Assembly (NCBI GenBank): GCA_051294375.1
Contig: CM119270.1
Coordinates: forward strand, 7,616,197 to 7,680,196
Direction: 5' to 3'
Origin: Paraspadella gotoi
Lineage: Eukaryota; Animalia; Chaetognatha
DNA length: 64,000 nt
The notes beneath the pieces are model-generated. The model had not been told where the DNA came from. It searched no databases and saw nothing but the letters and a program-made list of their open reading frames with translations. The translations under genes were made by a program, and so were the position numbers. Below, in pieces: positions 12,446-26,039 of this stretch; position 1 is the first letter of the stretch, and each line of letters begins with the position of its first letter.

Positions 12446-13876
12446 TTGCAACGTCGAATTGACTTCACTCAACGTTTCGGTTGTACTCGCCGGACCGAGG
12501 CTATAAGGGGCGCCAGCCCAGTTTTACTCTCTCTCTCTCTCTCTCTCTCNNNNNNNNNNNNNNNNNNNNNNNNNNNNNNNNNNNNNNNNNNNNNNNNNNN
12601 NNNNNNNNNNNNNNNNNNNNNNNNNNNNNNNNNNNNNNNNNNNNNNNNNNNNNNNNNNNNNNNNNNNNNNNNNNNNNNNNNNNNNNNNNNNNNNNNNNNN
12701 NNNNNNNNNNNNNNNNNNNNNNNNNNNNNNNNNNNNNNNNNNNNNNNNNNNNNNNNNNNNNNNNNNNNNNNNNNNNNNNNNNNNNNNNNNNNNNNNNNNN
12801 NNNNNNNNNNNNNNNNNNNNNNNNNNAGACTAGGGGGTAAGGCTCGTCTGTCGGCTGAGGATAGGGTTATGGCTAAGGGGTTAGGCTCGGCGGTCGGTTG
12901 AGGAAAGGGGTAAGGCTAAGTGGTTAGGATATGGGTTACGAAACCGCAAAGCTGGGAAAAACAGCTAGGGAAACGCCGCACCGGCTGNNNNNNNNNNNNN
13001 NNNNNNNNNNNNNNNNNNNNNNNNNNNNNNNNNNNNNNNNNNNNNNNNNNNNNNNNNNNNNNNNNNNNNNNNNNNNNNNNNNNNNNNNNNNNNNNNNNNN
13101 NNNNNNNNNNNNNNNNNNNNNNNNNNNNNNNNNNNNNNNNNNNNNNNNNNNNNNNNNNNNNNNNNNNNNNNNNNNNNNNNNNNNNNNNNNNNNNNNNNNN
13201 NNNNNNNNNNNNNNNNNNNNNNNNNNNNNNNNNNNNNNNNNNNNGCAGGGGAAACGGCAAAAAGACTGGACGAGGGAAATGGCGAAATAAGGGAAGTGGC
13301 AAAGGCGAAGGACAAACAAAATGGCGGAAAGTGGCAGAGGCGAATGGTAAATAATATAGCGGTAGATAGCCAGAATTCAAAGAAAATAAATAAATTGATT
13401 GCAGTAGAAATGAAAAAGAAAGGTACAAAAACAAAAACAAAACATAAAAAAGAAGCAATTCAATAACGATTCTATTGAAGAAAGGAATTATAAAAAGGAA
13501 AAAGGAAAAACGGGAGCCAGGACACATAGCATGAAAATGAGGGGAAAAAATAGCAGGAAAATATGGAGATTAGGGCCAAAGATATTCTGTATCGAAAACC
13601 GATGGTTCTTCCTCTCCGAGTTATTCTGGAGTCATTGGAAAAAAAAAACATTTTGGCGCTCGGGCCCGGTTGACAAATAACCATAACAACGCCAAAGTAA
13701 AAAAATATACAATGACAACGACATTTAACTAGCGACGACAACAACATCAGCACAACATCAGCACAACATCAACAATTCCCTGCAAGCAACACTAGCAACA
13801 GCCAAAAACGGCTAGGACGAAACCAGTTGGTACTAGAAGCCAACGACTCCCTGCTCTATCGGCGCCGCAAGGAATT

Positions 13877-13888
13877 CAAAATGGCGGC
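13877..13888 (+). promoter_or_regulatory. YY1/Pleiohomeotic-type motif CAAAATGGCGGC
   Basis: Close match to the extended YY1 consensus CAAnATGGCGGC in a locally GC-richer patch. Function is not demonstrated. Confidence 0.3.
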
Positions 13889-15526
13889 GAAAACTGATAT
13901 CAAGTTAAAAAAAAATAATGAGGATAGACCCTAAATAGTGACGCATGTCGCCTGACAGCCTTTGATCCCGAGTGAAGGGCACGCTCTTCTTTCATTCGCC
14001 TTTCAGTCTTTGAACCGAGTGTGACTTACTTGTGACTCGTGACTTTTATGTGATAGGACGGCAAAAGAAAAAGTTTGACGGCAAAAATATTAATGTAATG
14101 TTATTAACCTCATAACATTCAATCTAATAATTAACTAAACTTTCAAACTTTCAAAATTGTCTTTAAGGCCACGCTGCTTCAGTCTGGAAAGGAAAAAATT
14201 TCTCTACCGTTTGTTGATCTTTTTTTTTAAGTAAAAAAATTTTTCCTTTTTTTTTCTCCACTAAATTCGATTCATTGATCTTCGTTTACTTTTCCCTCGA
14301 AACTTTCTCTCTTTTCGCTTCCCTTCTTTTTCTTTGCTTTCCCGATTCCTCTCTCTCTCTCTCACTCTCTCTCTCTCTTTCTCTACTGAGGGTCTCGTTT
14401 CCATCCTCGTTGGTCTGTGTAATTTTTCTCCATTTAGGAAACCCCGCGTCCGCTAAGTTGGAAGAAAAAAGCTAATACCTCCAACCCACTCTTTCTCTCT
14501 CTCTCTCTCAGTCCCTCTATCGGTCTCTCTCAGTGCTTCTCTTCTCTCTCTCTCAGTCATCACATCTCTCATCATCTCTCTCCTGTTCTCTTCTTTCTTC
14601 ATTCACTATATTTCATGTAATTCATTTTCCCCCTCCTCTTACGTCAAACGTTGATTTCACAATTTTCACTTTGAATCTCGTTGAAACTTACTCTTTCCTT
14701 TTTTTCTTTCTTTCATTCATTCCTTCTTTTCTTTCCTTTTTTCTTTCTTTCTTTCATTCCTTCTTTTCTTTCCTTTTTTCTTTCTTTCATTCATTCCTTC
14801 TTTCTTCTTTCATTCATTCCTTCCTTTTTTTTTCTTTCATTCATTCCTTCTTTTCTTTCCTTTTTTTTCTTTCTTTTGTTCATTTCTTCTTTCTTTTCCT
14901 TCTTTTCTTTTTAAGCCTCATTCAGACTTTTCTTCTTTTTTCAATCACCTTTTTTTTCTTATGTATTTTCCTCTTTTTTTTTCAATCTTTCTTTTTGTAG
15001 TATTTCCTTTTTTAACGCTAATTGTATCTTTTTTTTTTAAGTAACGACCTACGACTTTTGAAGTTTCTTTCTTAATCGAGTCATTTTGTGTCGTTTCTGC
15101 TTCTCTCTTCGATTTTTTTCTCTGATAGTAATTCCCATTTTCTTCTTTTAAAATTTTTTTCCCTACTTTTCTTTACACCTTTTATTTCTCTTTTCTTTCG
15201 AACTCCTTCACTTCTTCTCTTTTTTTTTTCTAATTTTCCTCTCCGTTCCATCCATTCTCCCTTTTAACCTTATTTTTCTTTAAATTTCCTTCATTTTCAT
15301 CCTTAATTCCATTAGCATCTCCCTTTTTCTTTCCTCCCCAAACCTCCCACCTTTCCTTTCCTCCTCTGAAAAGAAAAACCATTAAAAACGGTAATCTTCA
15401 AACGAGGCATTAAACTTCGTCCATTGACCGAATTAATAATCCAAGGAAACGAGAAAATTTCCCCCCCCCCGGTCGTCTTTTTCGTAGCCGTCGTCGTCGT
15501 CGTCGTCGTCGTCTTTTTCGTAGCCG

Positions 15527-15561
<35 letters not shown>

Positions 15562-15928
15562 TTTTTCGTCCTCGGAGCAACCGTCGTCATCGTCGTCTTC
15601 GACGTAGTCCGTGTTACCGTCATCTTAGTAGTCATGCGCAATGTCATCAATGTAGTTTTATCATTGTCAATGTGTTTGTCGTTGTAGACTTTGCACTTGG
15701 CATTTGCGTCGATTAATTAGAATTCAACTTCGCGAATGTCCTCGGCACTGTCAACCTCGAAGTTGCAGTCATTTTCGTAGGTATCATCGTCTTCGTCGTC
15801 GTCGTCGTCGTCGTCGTCGTCATCTTCGTTGTCCTCGACCTTTTCGCTAACTTACCAATTTCGGTCGACCTTTCCAAGGGCGGAAGGGAAACAGAAAAGG
15901 GTTACAGCAAAAGACGAAAAGCAGTGCG

Positions 15929-16044
<116 letters not shown>

Positions 16045-17596
16045 AATGATACATTTGGCTTCTTTTCCCCCGGAATCGGAAGTTTTTTTGTGAACGGAAA
16101 TTTGCGAATCAATTTCGTCAAACGATTCGCGTTTAAAATCTCGTTTAAGGGGTAGGGCGCGTCAAGAAAGGGTAACGATAAAAAAATTCGATAAAAAAAT
16201 TCGATAAAAAACTTGAAAGTCGATTGTTTGATTGAAGAAAAAGGAGAAGGGAAAATCAAAGTGATTTCTATAGATTTATCAACAAAACATTTTAGATGCT
16301 GATCTATTAAAAAACACCTTATCAGATTACTTCTTAGAATTAATGAAAAAAATATTTCTAGTATTAGTTAGAACAACTTCGTATAGGTAATAATTTATTG
16401 AACAACTTTTATAAAACAATCTGAGACTTCTCAAACGATTCCCTTTCAAATCCTTCATTTGAATTTTTCACTTTGATTTTAAATCTTTTTCTTTCCCAAA
16501 AATAAATCTCCGCGCGTCTGTGAATGTTTTGACTCGCGTTTTGCTTCCTCCTTCTCTCTCTTTCTCTCCCCTCATTTCTTTCCCTCTATTCTTCGAACAG
16601 AAGAAAAAATTAATGGTTTTTAAAAGAAATCTACTTGAAACAAATTCAAGGTTAAAACAACTCTCTTTCTCTCGAGTCTATTCTCTCTCTCTCTCTCTCT
16701 NNNNNNNNNNNNNNNNNNNNNNNNNNNNNNNNNNNNNNNNNNNNNNNNNNNNNNNNNNNNNNNNNNNNNNNNNNNNNNNNNNNNNNNNNNNNNNNNNNNN
16801 NNNNNNNNNNNNNNNNNNNNNNNNNNNNNNNNNNNNNNNNNNNNNNNNNNNNNNNNNNNNNNNNNNNNNNNNNNNNNNNNNNNNNNNNNNNNNNNNNNNN
16901 NNNNNNNNNNNNNNNNNNNNNNNNNNNNNNNNNNNNNNNNNNNNNNNNNNNNNNNNNNNNAAAAAAAAAACAGAAAAAAAAAATCCGGTTTCGTTTTTCG
17001 TTTCTGTTCGAGAATGACTCACAACGATTCGGGAAATCTGATCCTAGGGATTTTATCTCAACAAAACTGCTTCACCCAGCCGACCCTACCCTAACAATTT
17101 TACTTTATCTCTCGTCAGATTTTCCACCTAAAGGCCAAGTCATCTCTTTATTTATGATAGTTAATTTCCCCTCTCTGAAAAAAAATGATGTTTTAAGCAA
17201 ATTTTGCTCACGCGAGATACCTTCTTAGTCGATGTATACGTAGAGTGACTGACTCACCGCGACAATATTTCTAAAATAATGCCTTTCTTTACAAAATCTT
17301 ATAATAATTTCCCTTACAAAAGCTTTTTTACACTTTACTAATCTCCCGCCTGAAGCTTCTTTCCCTCACAGAGAGGAATTTTTTTCTCAAGATGAAAGAT
17401 AACTCTCTCCCCTACTTTTCTTCTCAACTTCTCTCTCCACTCTCCCCTACTTTTCTTCTCAACTTCTCTCCTCTCTCTTTCTTCTCTTGCCTTCCTATCT
17501 CTAGTCCCCCACGAGTTTCGATTCGCGAACACACGAGACATCGAGCGCGACACTCCCTTGTCTATTCGCCACCCAGAGAATACGAGGGTGTCTAAC

Positions 17597-17730
<134 letters not shown>

Positions 17731-19017
17731 CAACCCCCACCGAGACCAATTGTCAACAGTGATGTCTTCAGCAAATCCCCAGCGTCGATTTTCCTTGTGG
17801 ACCTAACAACTTTTTTTTTCTCTCCAAGATAAAAAAATATCACAAGTTCAACATCATGTAAAGCATATAATAATATGAAATATTTCCACAATTTTGTTGT
17901 ATGAAAAAATTTTTTTCTTACTATGTACTACATAAGCTCGGAAACAAATATTTTAAACTTTAAAACTTAAAACTTTAAAAAAGAAATATAGAAATGTAGA
18001 AACGATCGGTTGCTGCTTCTAAACCACCACCTAATCTCGCCCCATTTACCAACCACCCCTTTCTCCTACCCCCCTCTCTCCCCCCCGGGGCCCAACCCCC
18101 ATCGCAAAATGATTCAAATGACTGGGTAATTGTTTTGACGTTCCCCTCTCTCTCCGACGAAGCATCAAAGGGACCAGGTGTGATGGTGATAGAAAAAGAG
18201 ATGAGGGAAGAGAGAAGAAGAAGGAGAGGGAGGAGTGAGAGGGAGGGGGAGAGGAAGAGGGAGAGAGGGGGGATTTACTGCTTGTCATCGCTTGGCAAGC
18301 GGAGAGAAAATTTGTTCGCGGTTACGTCGTGAGTAATTTTCAGTCAGAACGAATTAAGGATCAGCTCTTAATAACGGGAGGGAGAAAGAGTTGGGGGAGA
18401 AAAAANNNNNNNNNNNNNNNNNNNNNNNNNNNNNNNNNNNNNNNNNNNNNNNNNNNNNNNNNNNNNNNNNNNNNNNNNNNNNNNNNNNNNNNNNNNNNNN
18501 NNNNNNNNNNNNNNNNNNNNNNNNNNNNNNNNNNNNNNNNNNNNNNNNNNNNNNNNNNNNNNNNNNNNNNNNNNNNNNNNNNNNNNNNNNNNNNNNNNNN
18601 NNNNNNNNNNNNNNNNNNNNNNNNNNNNNNNNNNNNNNNNNNNNNNNNNNNNNNNNNNNNNNNNNNNNNNNNNNNNNNNNNNNNNNNNNNNNNNNNNNNN
18701 NNNNNNNNNNNNNNNNNNNNNNNNNNNNNNNNNNNNNGAGAGAGAGAGAGAGAGAGAGAGATAGAAACCGTTCCCCTTAAAATGTTTGTTTTGAAACTGA
18801 ATATTTCCTCTCTGGTCTTTTCTTTTTTCTTTTTTCTATTTTTTTTCCTTCTTTCCTTCTTAATTTTTTATTTTCTTTGTCTTTTTTTTATTTCTATTTT
18901 CTGCTTCTTTCTTTTTCACCCTTTTCTCCATTCTTTCTATTCTTTCTTGATCTTGTGTTTTTCTAAGGACGACGTTGTTCTAGTTATGAATACGCCGAAG
19001 GGAGAATTTCTTCTGCC

Positions 19018-19064
<47 letters not shown>

Positions 19065-20087
19065 CGTCGTCTTTCGCTCGAGAGAACATACTTTACATAA
19101 TAGAAAAATACTGGAAGTCTTTAGAAAAAAAAAATTCTCCATTGAATCATAAATTTTATGGGCGATAAAAGACGGACATTTTAAAACTCTTTTTGCACGA
19201 ATCTGAGGAAACTCTTAGAGCCTTATCAAACTTTTCAACTTTATGTACATATGTGTTGGTTATGTTTTTGTGCAAAACATACAATAGACTGTTAACTAGA
19301 TATTTTTTTCTTTTTACATTTGCCTATATTATTCTATATTAAAAATCAATTTTTTTTTACATTCTCTACACATCATGGTGACGTCGTTAATTGGGAGCAT
19401 AGTATTACATTGATAAATTTACATTCACATTTAATTTACTTGGACTAAATGACTCGGGAAAAAAATAAATAAAAATTGTCTCTCAAAAACTCGAAATGTT
19501 TACGGCGCCTATTTTTAACGTGATTGTCAATCGCATTCACACCGAATAAATCGTCATTTTCCCCGCGCCACATTCGCAATCATTTTTTCACATTCACCAC
19601 CAGCACCTCCTACTACCCCGAGATCCCCCTCCCCTCCCCGACATCCCCGTCATCGTCACGCATCTCACGCGTTCACCGTGGAAACCTCGTGAAACGGTTT
19701 CACGATTCGCCTTTTGTTCCTTTGTTTCGCGGCGGAATACGGTTTAACTGTAAAGAAGTACAGATTAGGNNNNNNNNNNNNNNNNNNNNNNNNNNNNNNN
19801 NNNNNNNNNNNNNNNNNNNNNNNNNNNNNNNNNNNNNNNNNNNNNNNNNNNNNNNNNNNNNNNNNNNNNNNNNNNNNNNNNNNNNNNNNNNNNNNNNNNN
19901 NNNNNNNNNNNNNNNNNNNNNNNNNNNNNNNNNNNNNNNNNNNNNNNNNNNAAAAAAAGAGAAGAGATCCTCTCTTAAAGGCACGACGAGAATTTTGTGC
20001 CAGATGCACAAACAATCAAACGCCTAGGGCCAGAGAAGAGAGGAGAGAGAGAAGAAAGAGAGGAGAGAAGAGAGAGAGAGAGGAGAG

Positions 20088-20123
<36 letters not shown>

Positions 20124-20551
20124 TTAACAGGGATTTTTTCCTGTCGGACAGCAGAGAAAAGGACATCGGATCCGAACTTTTTGTTCGCCTTTTTCTCGTA
20201 ACAACAATCGATGCTCCTTATGCCCGTTTTTCCTTCTCATTGATCTCTCATTCTTTTTTTTTTTTGCTCTTTCTCTCTCTCTGTGTCTTTCTCCCTCTCT
20301 CTCTCTCTCTTTCATTATATCTCTCCTTTTCCCATCTTTTTCTTCTCCTCTTTCCCCCTACTTTTCTTGTTCACCCTTCAATTCGTTTTTTTTCTTTCGT
20401 TTTCTTTTCGTCTGTCCATCTATTTATCATATCTTCTGCCAGAAAGAAGCTCTTTCAAACGCTCAGTCAGTCTGCTTTTTCTGTTGTTACAGCCATCTCT
20501 CGGAACTTGTATCTTTTATGTTTAGTTTAACTGTTTGTCAATGTCTGTATG

Positions 20552-20585
<34 letters not shown>

Positions 20586-21194
20586 GCCGCTTCTTTGTCG
20601 CGAATTTATAGCTCGACATCACGTTTTACAGTTTTCCCCAGAGTCGCTTGACGTTCGCCTCGTTGAAAGGAGAGAATGGATGAGAAGAGAAAGAAAAAGG
20701 GGAAAGAAAGATAGGAGGATAGATAGAGTGGATAGAGGAGGGAATAGTACAGATGGAAAGAATAGATACGTTCGATAAATAAAGTAGGTGGTGAGTTAGG
20801 ATAAGGTTTGACGAAAGGATAAGAATAGAAGGATGAACTCAGAACGGCTTCAGATCGAGGTTCTGCTTCTGAACGAGGTTCGGAGAAAGAGAAATCATAA
20901 GAGAGAAAACTGAAGGTGGAAAGAATTGTAAAAACAAGCAAATATATGAGCGGGATAATATATATTTAAGCTTGTTAAATTTTGTATTTAACTGTTATAT
21001 AAAATAATAAAAAATATGTTCGATTGATATAAAAGTCAACGGAAATCGAAATTAATCTTTTTTTTTTTGGAAATCAAATCTTCGTCGGTAGCTAATTAAA
21101 ACTTTCTCTGCAGAAAAAACCTATCTCTCTCTCTCTCTCCCTCTCTCTCTTTCTCTTTTTCTGATATATACTTAAATATACACTTCATTGATAG

Positions 21195-21390
21195 GGAAGC
21201 CAGGTACTCTGGGAGTGAATAAACGAGACTGTGAGAGAGTCTTGATTGAAAGCTTGCAGGGACCTGCTATGTCTTTATCTTGTAAGAGTGATGGAGGCCT
21301 TAAACCACCAAAGCCTGTCCAAAGTCAGGGGCAAGATAGCTTATTTATTAAATGAATGGATATTTATTATATTGGTTGTACCAATTTCAT
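21195..21390. repeat. Interspersed repeat of about 200 bp, also at about 5208-5418 and (partial) 8864-8988
   Basis: Shared sequence ..gggagtgaataaacgagactgtgagagagtcttg..cagggacctgctatgtc..tatcttgtaagagtgatggaggccttaaacc..gcctgtccaaagtcaggggcaagatagcttatttattaaa..ggttgtaccaatttcat. The flanks are unrelated. Confidence 0.85.
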
Positions 21391-22511
21391 AAAAAAACTA
21401 AAGCATATCATGATTCGTATAGAGAGAGTGTGNNNNNNNNNNNNNNNNNNNNNNNNNNNNNNNNNNNNNNNNNNNNNNNNNNNNNNNNNNNNNNNNNNNN
21501 NNNNNNNNNNNNNNNNNNNNNNNNNNNNNNNNNNNNNNNNNNNNNNNNNNNNNNNNNNNNNNNNNNNNNNNNNNNNNNNNNNNNNNNNNNNNNNCTCTCT
21601 CTCTCTCATTTCGAAATGTCACTCTTCCGAAATTTTGCACCAAAATTGACGTAATTAAAAAAAAAAATTATTTCCTTTGACGTCAAACGTCGGCGACGAA
21701 GTTGGATGACGGACGACGTCGACCTCAAAATTGAAACATTTCTGTCGCGGAAAGTGAGCAGAGAAAAATTGTGGAATTGGAAAATAAGCATATTTTATAT
21801 TTACTTCCATTCAATGATTGCCTACCCGTTAGACTATTTCACATACTCGCTATTCCTTCCTTCAAANNNNNNNNNNNNNNNNNNNNNNNNNNNNNNNNNN
21901 NNNNNNNNNNNNNNNNNNNNNNNNNNNNNNNNNNNNNNNNNNNNNNNNNNNNNNNNNNNNNNNNNNNNNNNNNNNNNNNNNNNNNNNNNNNNNNNNNNNN
22001 NNNNNNNNNNNNNNNNNNNNNNNNNNNNNNNNNNNNNNNNNNNNNNNNTTTCATTTCTCCCTCTTTTTTATTATCTTTCTTTTTCTTTATTTTCTCTTCT
22101 CTTCTTTTTCTTCTTGTTCCTCCTATTCTTCTTCTCTCCTCCTCCTTCTCCCTCCTCTCTTCCTCCTTTCCTTTCACCGACCGGAAACGAACAAAAAAAA
22201 TCTTTTATTTTCTCTCCTTTTCGATGGAATCGATTTTTCGCCAGATTCACAGATTCACGGATTCACACATTGATTACCCGAGATTTTCACGTCGACCTCG
22301 CGCCTTACCCGAATTTCTCACCCTTCGTGCGCCCCACCTCTTTTTTCTTAGTCGGTAACCCTTAGCACATTTTTAGCTCTTTTCTTTCATTCTTTCTTTC
22401 TTTCTTTCTTTCTTTCTNNNNNNNNNNNNNNNNNNNNNNNNNNNNNNNNNNNNNNNNNNNNNNNNNNNNNNNNNNNNNNNNNNNNNNNNNNNNNNNNNNN
22501 NNNNNNNNNNN

Positions 22512-22545
<34 letters not shown>

Positions 22546-23404
22546 CTCAACACCTCTGATAAGTTTACAAGAACTTCGGTTAAACATTGCCTTGTTTTCT
22601 TGTTCTATAATTCTTTAAAATTTTGTTTGAAATTCCTAATATTTCTTATATTTTAAACTTGTTTCTTCTATAATTTTTCCCTCTCTCTTTTCTCTTTCAT
22701 TTTTCTTTTTACCTTTCATTCTTCTTTTCATCCCTTCTGCTTTTGTTATCCTTTGTTTCCGCGCGACACAAAAATCCATGTACAAAGACACGTAAAGAAA
22801 AAAAGAAAGAAAAAGAAAAGAAAGAAAGAAAGAAAGGAATTTTTCGCGGGCCTTTTTTTTTTTTGATCGATGTTATCTTCGTGGATGACCCGGCACAATT
22901 AGTCGTCCTCATTTTTCTCGACTCTTAGTCATCGTCGTCGTATTTCGAGGTCTAGCCTCTNNNNNNNNNNNNNNNNNNNNNNNNNNNNNNNNNNNNNNNN
23001 NNNNNNNNNNNNNNNNNNNNNNNNNNNNNNNNNNNNNNNNNNNNNNNNNNNNNNNNNNNNNNNNNNNNNNNNNNNNNNNNNNNNNNNNNNNNNNNNNNNN
23101 NNNNNNNNNNNNNNNNNNNNNNNNNNNNNNNNNNNNNNNNNNNNNNNNNNNNNNNNNNNNNNNNNNNNNNNNNNGGAGAGACGGCCGAAACGGGGGGGGG
23201 GTGAGGGATGGAAATACAAGGGTACACAAATCGGGGTCTTTGAAGGAAACGGGGGTGAGGCTATAGGGGGGGGCGGTTGAAAGCGGCGACGATAAGAACT
23301 TGTAACTTTCGAATCGGTATTATAGTCGTCGTCGTCGTTGTCTTCCTCGTAATTGGGGGGCGACGTCATTATTACGGACCGTGTCTGCTACGGTCATTCT
23401 CGTC

Positions 23405-23480
23405 CGTCACGGTGGTCAAGGTCGTTGTCACGGTGGTCGTTGTCACGGTGGTCGTTGTCACGGTGGTCACGGTCGTCACG
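23405..23480. repeat. 15-bp minisatellite (gtcacggtggtcgtt)n
   Basis: Four to five tandem units visible directly. Confidence 0.85.
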
Positions 23481-25635
23481 TCACTTCACTTTCTTCGTCA
23501 CGGTCATGTAACTTTAATCATTACTTTCAGTAGCGTTTTTCTCTAATAGTATAACAATATAACATTTAGTTAATTAAGTAATAATAAAACAATGATGGAA
23601 TCGTCGCCAAAGAATAGAGTTCGGATAAGGAAATGGAAAGAAATGAACTTGGAACCGGGATTGAGGATTTTCCGGAGACCCAAGGGGTCAAGAGGTCAAG
23701 AGCTTATGGCTTTACTCAATGAGCCACAGGGTCATGCTTACAGGCGAGGTGAACTTGACACGAATAACAATAAATCTCACTACTTTCCGACATCGTGACC
23801 AATGAGATTCCCGTTCGATGCCTGGAATTTTCTTCAAACGTCGACACAAATCGTTTATCATCGATTCTGAGGAGACGTTGGACGCGATGATCGTTGAAGT
23901 TGTGACGGACGAAGACCAAAAAAGAAGCGACGTTGATGAAGACCGAACACAGAAAGGATTTTTGGTAAGGATTCGTTCCACCTTTTTTAACGATTCCTCT
24001 TCGGAGTATTGACTTACCAATTTATACTCGCTCACCCGCTGAGTTTTTTTCGCTTATTCGCTCCCTTTCTCACCCACCCGATAATTTTCCTCTTCATTTT
24101 TTTTCATTTACCTAAAGACTTCCTTTCCTTACCCACCTGCCAGCCCCTTTTTACTAAATACAAATTCTTTCCCCGACCCACCCGAGTCTGCTGCTTATCC
24201 ACTCGCTCTCTTTCACTCACCCAGCCGCTTGTGCCCTCACTCCGAACCTACCCGAAGCAGCTTCGTTCGAAATCAAACGACTTTTTAAACGATTCGTGAC
24301 GAGAAGAAACATTCGAGGGGATTCACTGTTTGTCGTTGTCGTCGTCGTCGTCGTCTTCTATTTTCTCGTCGTTGTCGTCGTCTTCGTCGTGATCGTTATC
24401 GTTGTCATCTACGTCGTCGTCATCATCGTCGTCGTCGAGCAGGGAAAAAAATTTACCCTAATAAAAATTAAACCTGTGACGTCATTGCAATGACGCACTT
24501 TTTGATTGTCGTTGTTTTAGTTAGTCTCTCTCTCTCTCTCTCTCTCTCTGCTCTCCTCTCTCTCTCTCTCCTCGTCTCCCTCTCTCTCTCTTCTCTTCTC
24601 TCTCTCTCTCTTTCTCTCTCTATCATCTCAACACGGAAGAAACGCAGAGCGAGACCTTTGAAGAGGTTTTTCATTGCTCATTATTGTTATTGCTGACGAA
24701 GCCGTCGTCATCATGATCGTCGTCGCCGTCGTCGTCGTCGCCTTAATTGTCGACCGATTTTTCCTATTTTCGCTTTCACCTTTTTATGAAGTCGATGTGA
24801 GTTTCTGTTGATGTTGTTGTTGTTTTTGTTTCGTCTCAAAAAGCCGAAACTCATTCGCGGAAAATGTGTTTCGAATTTTCTGACCGCTTTTCAAAATTTC
24901 TCAGAACTTTCCAAATTTCTCTCTCCAAAATTCATTCAAGATTTTCGGAGCAAACGCATAATGGGGCACAGACTTTTTTTTTTGAAAATCGGTTACTGTG
25001 AAGCGGTTATCGTACGACGAAGCTCTTTAGGAAAGTGCGTCCGATTTAGTGAAATAAAATTTCGGATTTAACGAATAAATTTAACTCAATTATTTCGAGG
25101 AAAAAACTAAACATTCCAGAAAACAGTCAACTTTTCCACTGCTTAGTTTTCATCAAAAACCGGTTCATACTTCTAAACTTATAGCACCAACTTGGGTTCA
25201 TTATGCTTTAAATAACAATGCGACCTTTAAAAGCAAGTGGCGTTGTAAAAATTAATACAATTTTGCATTCAACGGTTAATTGAAAGTACTAAAAAAGAAA
25301 ATCCAAGCGAAACGCAATAAGTAACACGAGCGGCTTATTGATTGCAAGAACAACAACAACAAAATACTTCACTATAAGAATCCCATCACGAATCTTTTCA
25401 AATTTTCGAATCCTCTCATTTCCACTTTATCGCACAGTATTCTCGCGATATCACATCATCGCACAGTATCTTCGCCGCGAAAATCTGAGTCGAGGTCGAC
25501 GCGCGGATGTCGTTTCCGGCGCCGACCAAGGACGACGCGTCTCTCCACCGGAAGTGGGCGTGACTGCCAGCGTCATTCGAGTTTTAAGAGATTTGAAAAA
25601 AAAGAAAAGAAAAGGAAAAAAATAAAGGGAAAGAA

Positions 25636-25667
<32 letters not shown>

Positions 25668-26039
25668 NNNNNNNNNNNNNNNNNNNNNNNNNAGAATGAA
25701 AAAAAAAAACAAATAAAAAAAGAAAGACATGAATAGAAAAAATGAAAGGAATGAAATTATTTTCTTCCTTTATGCATGCGCGACTCTGATGGCGACTGGA
25801 AAGTGTGACCGTGAGTGACAGTGCAACACAATATACTTCCTTCCATCGTGACCGGGTTCACACCAAATCTTTCCTTCTGATGTGATCCGACTGTGACCGC
25901 TTGCGAACATGTTCACTTTTGATGCACATTCGTTACTGACCGTTGCTGCGGACAGAGTGTGACGGGAGGACCTTTGCCTATTGTCGAAAATTTGATTACT
26001 GGAGTGACCGATATTTTTATTGTCGTTAGAAAAAAAGTA

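Noticed and set aside
15850-15871. 14-nt minus-strand microexon before GTAAGT
   Set aside because: Weak AAG acceptor, non-triplet length, and donor-like hexamers occur by chance.
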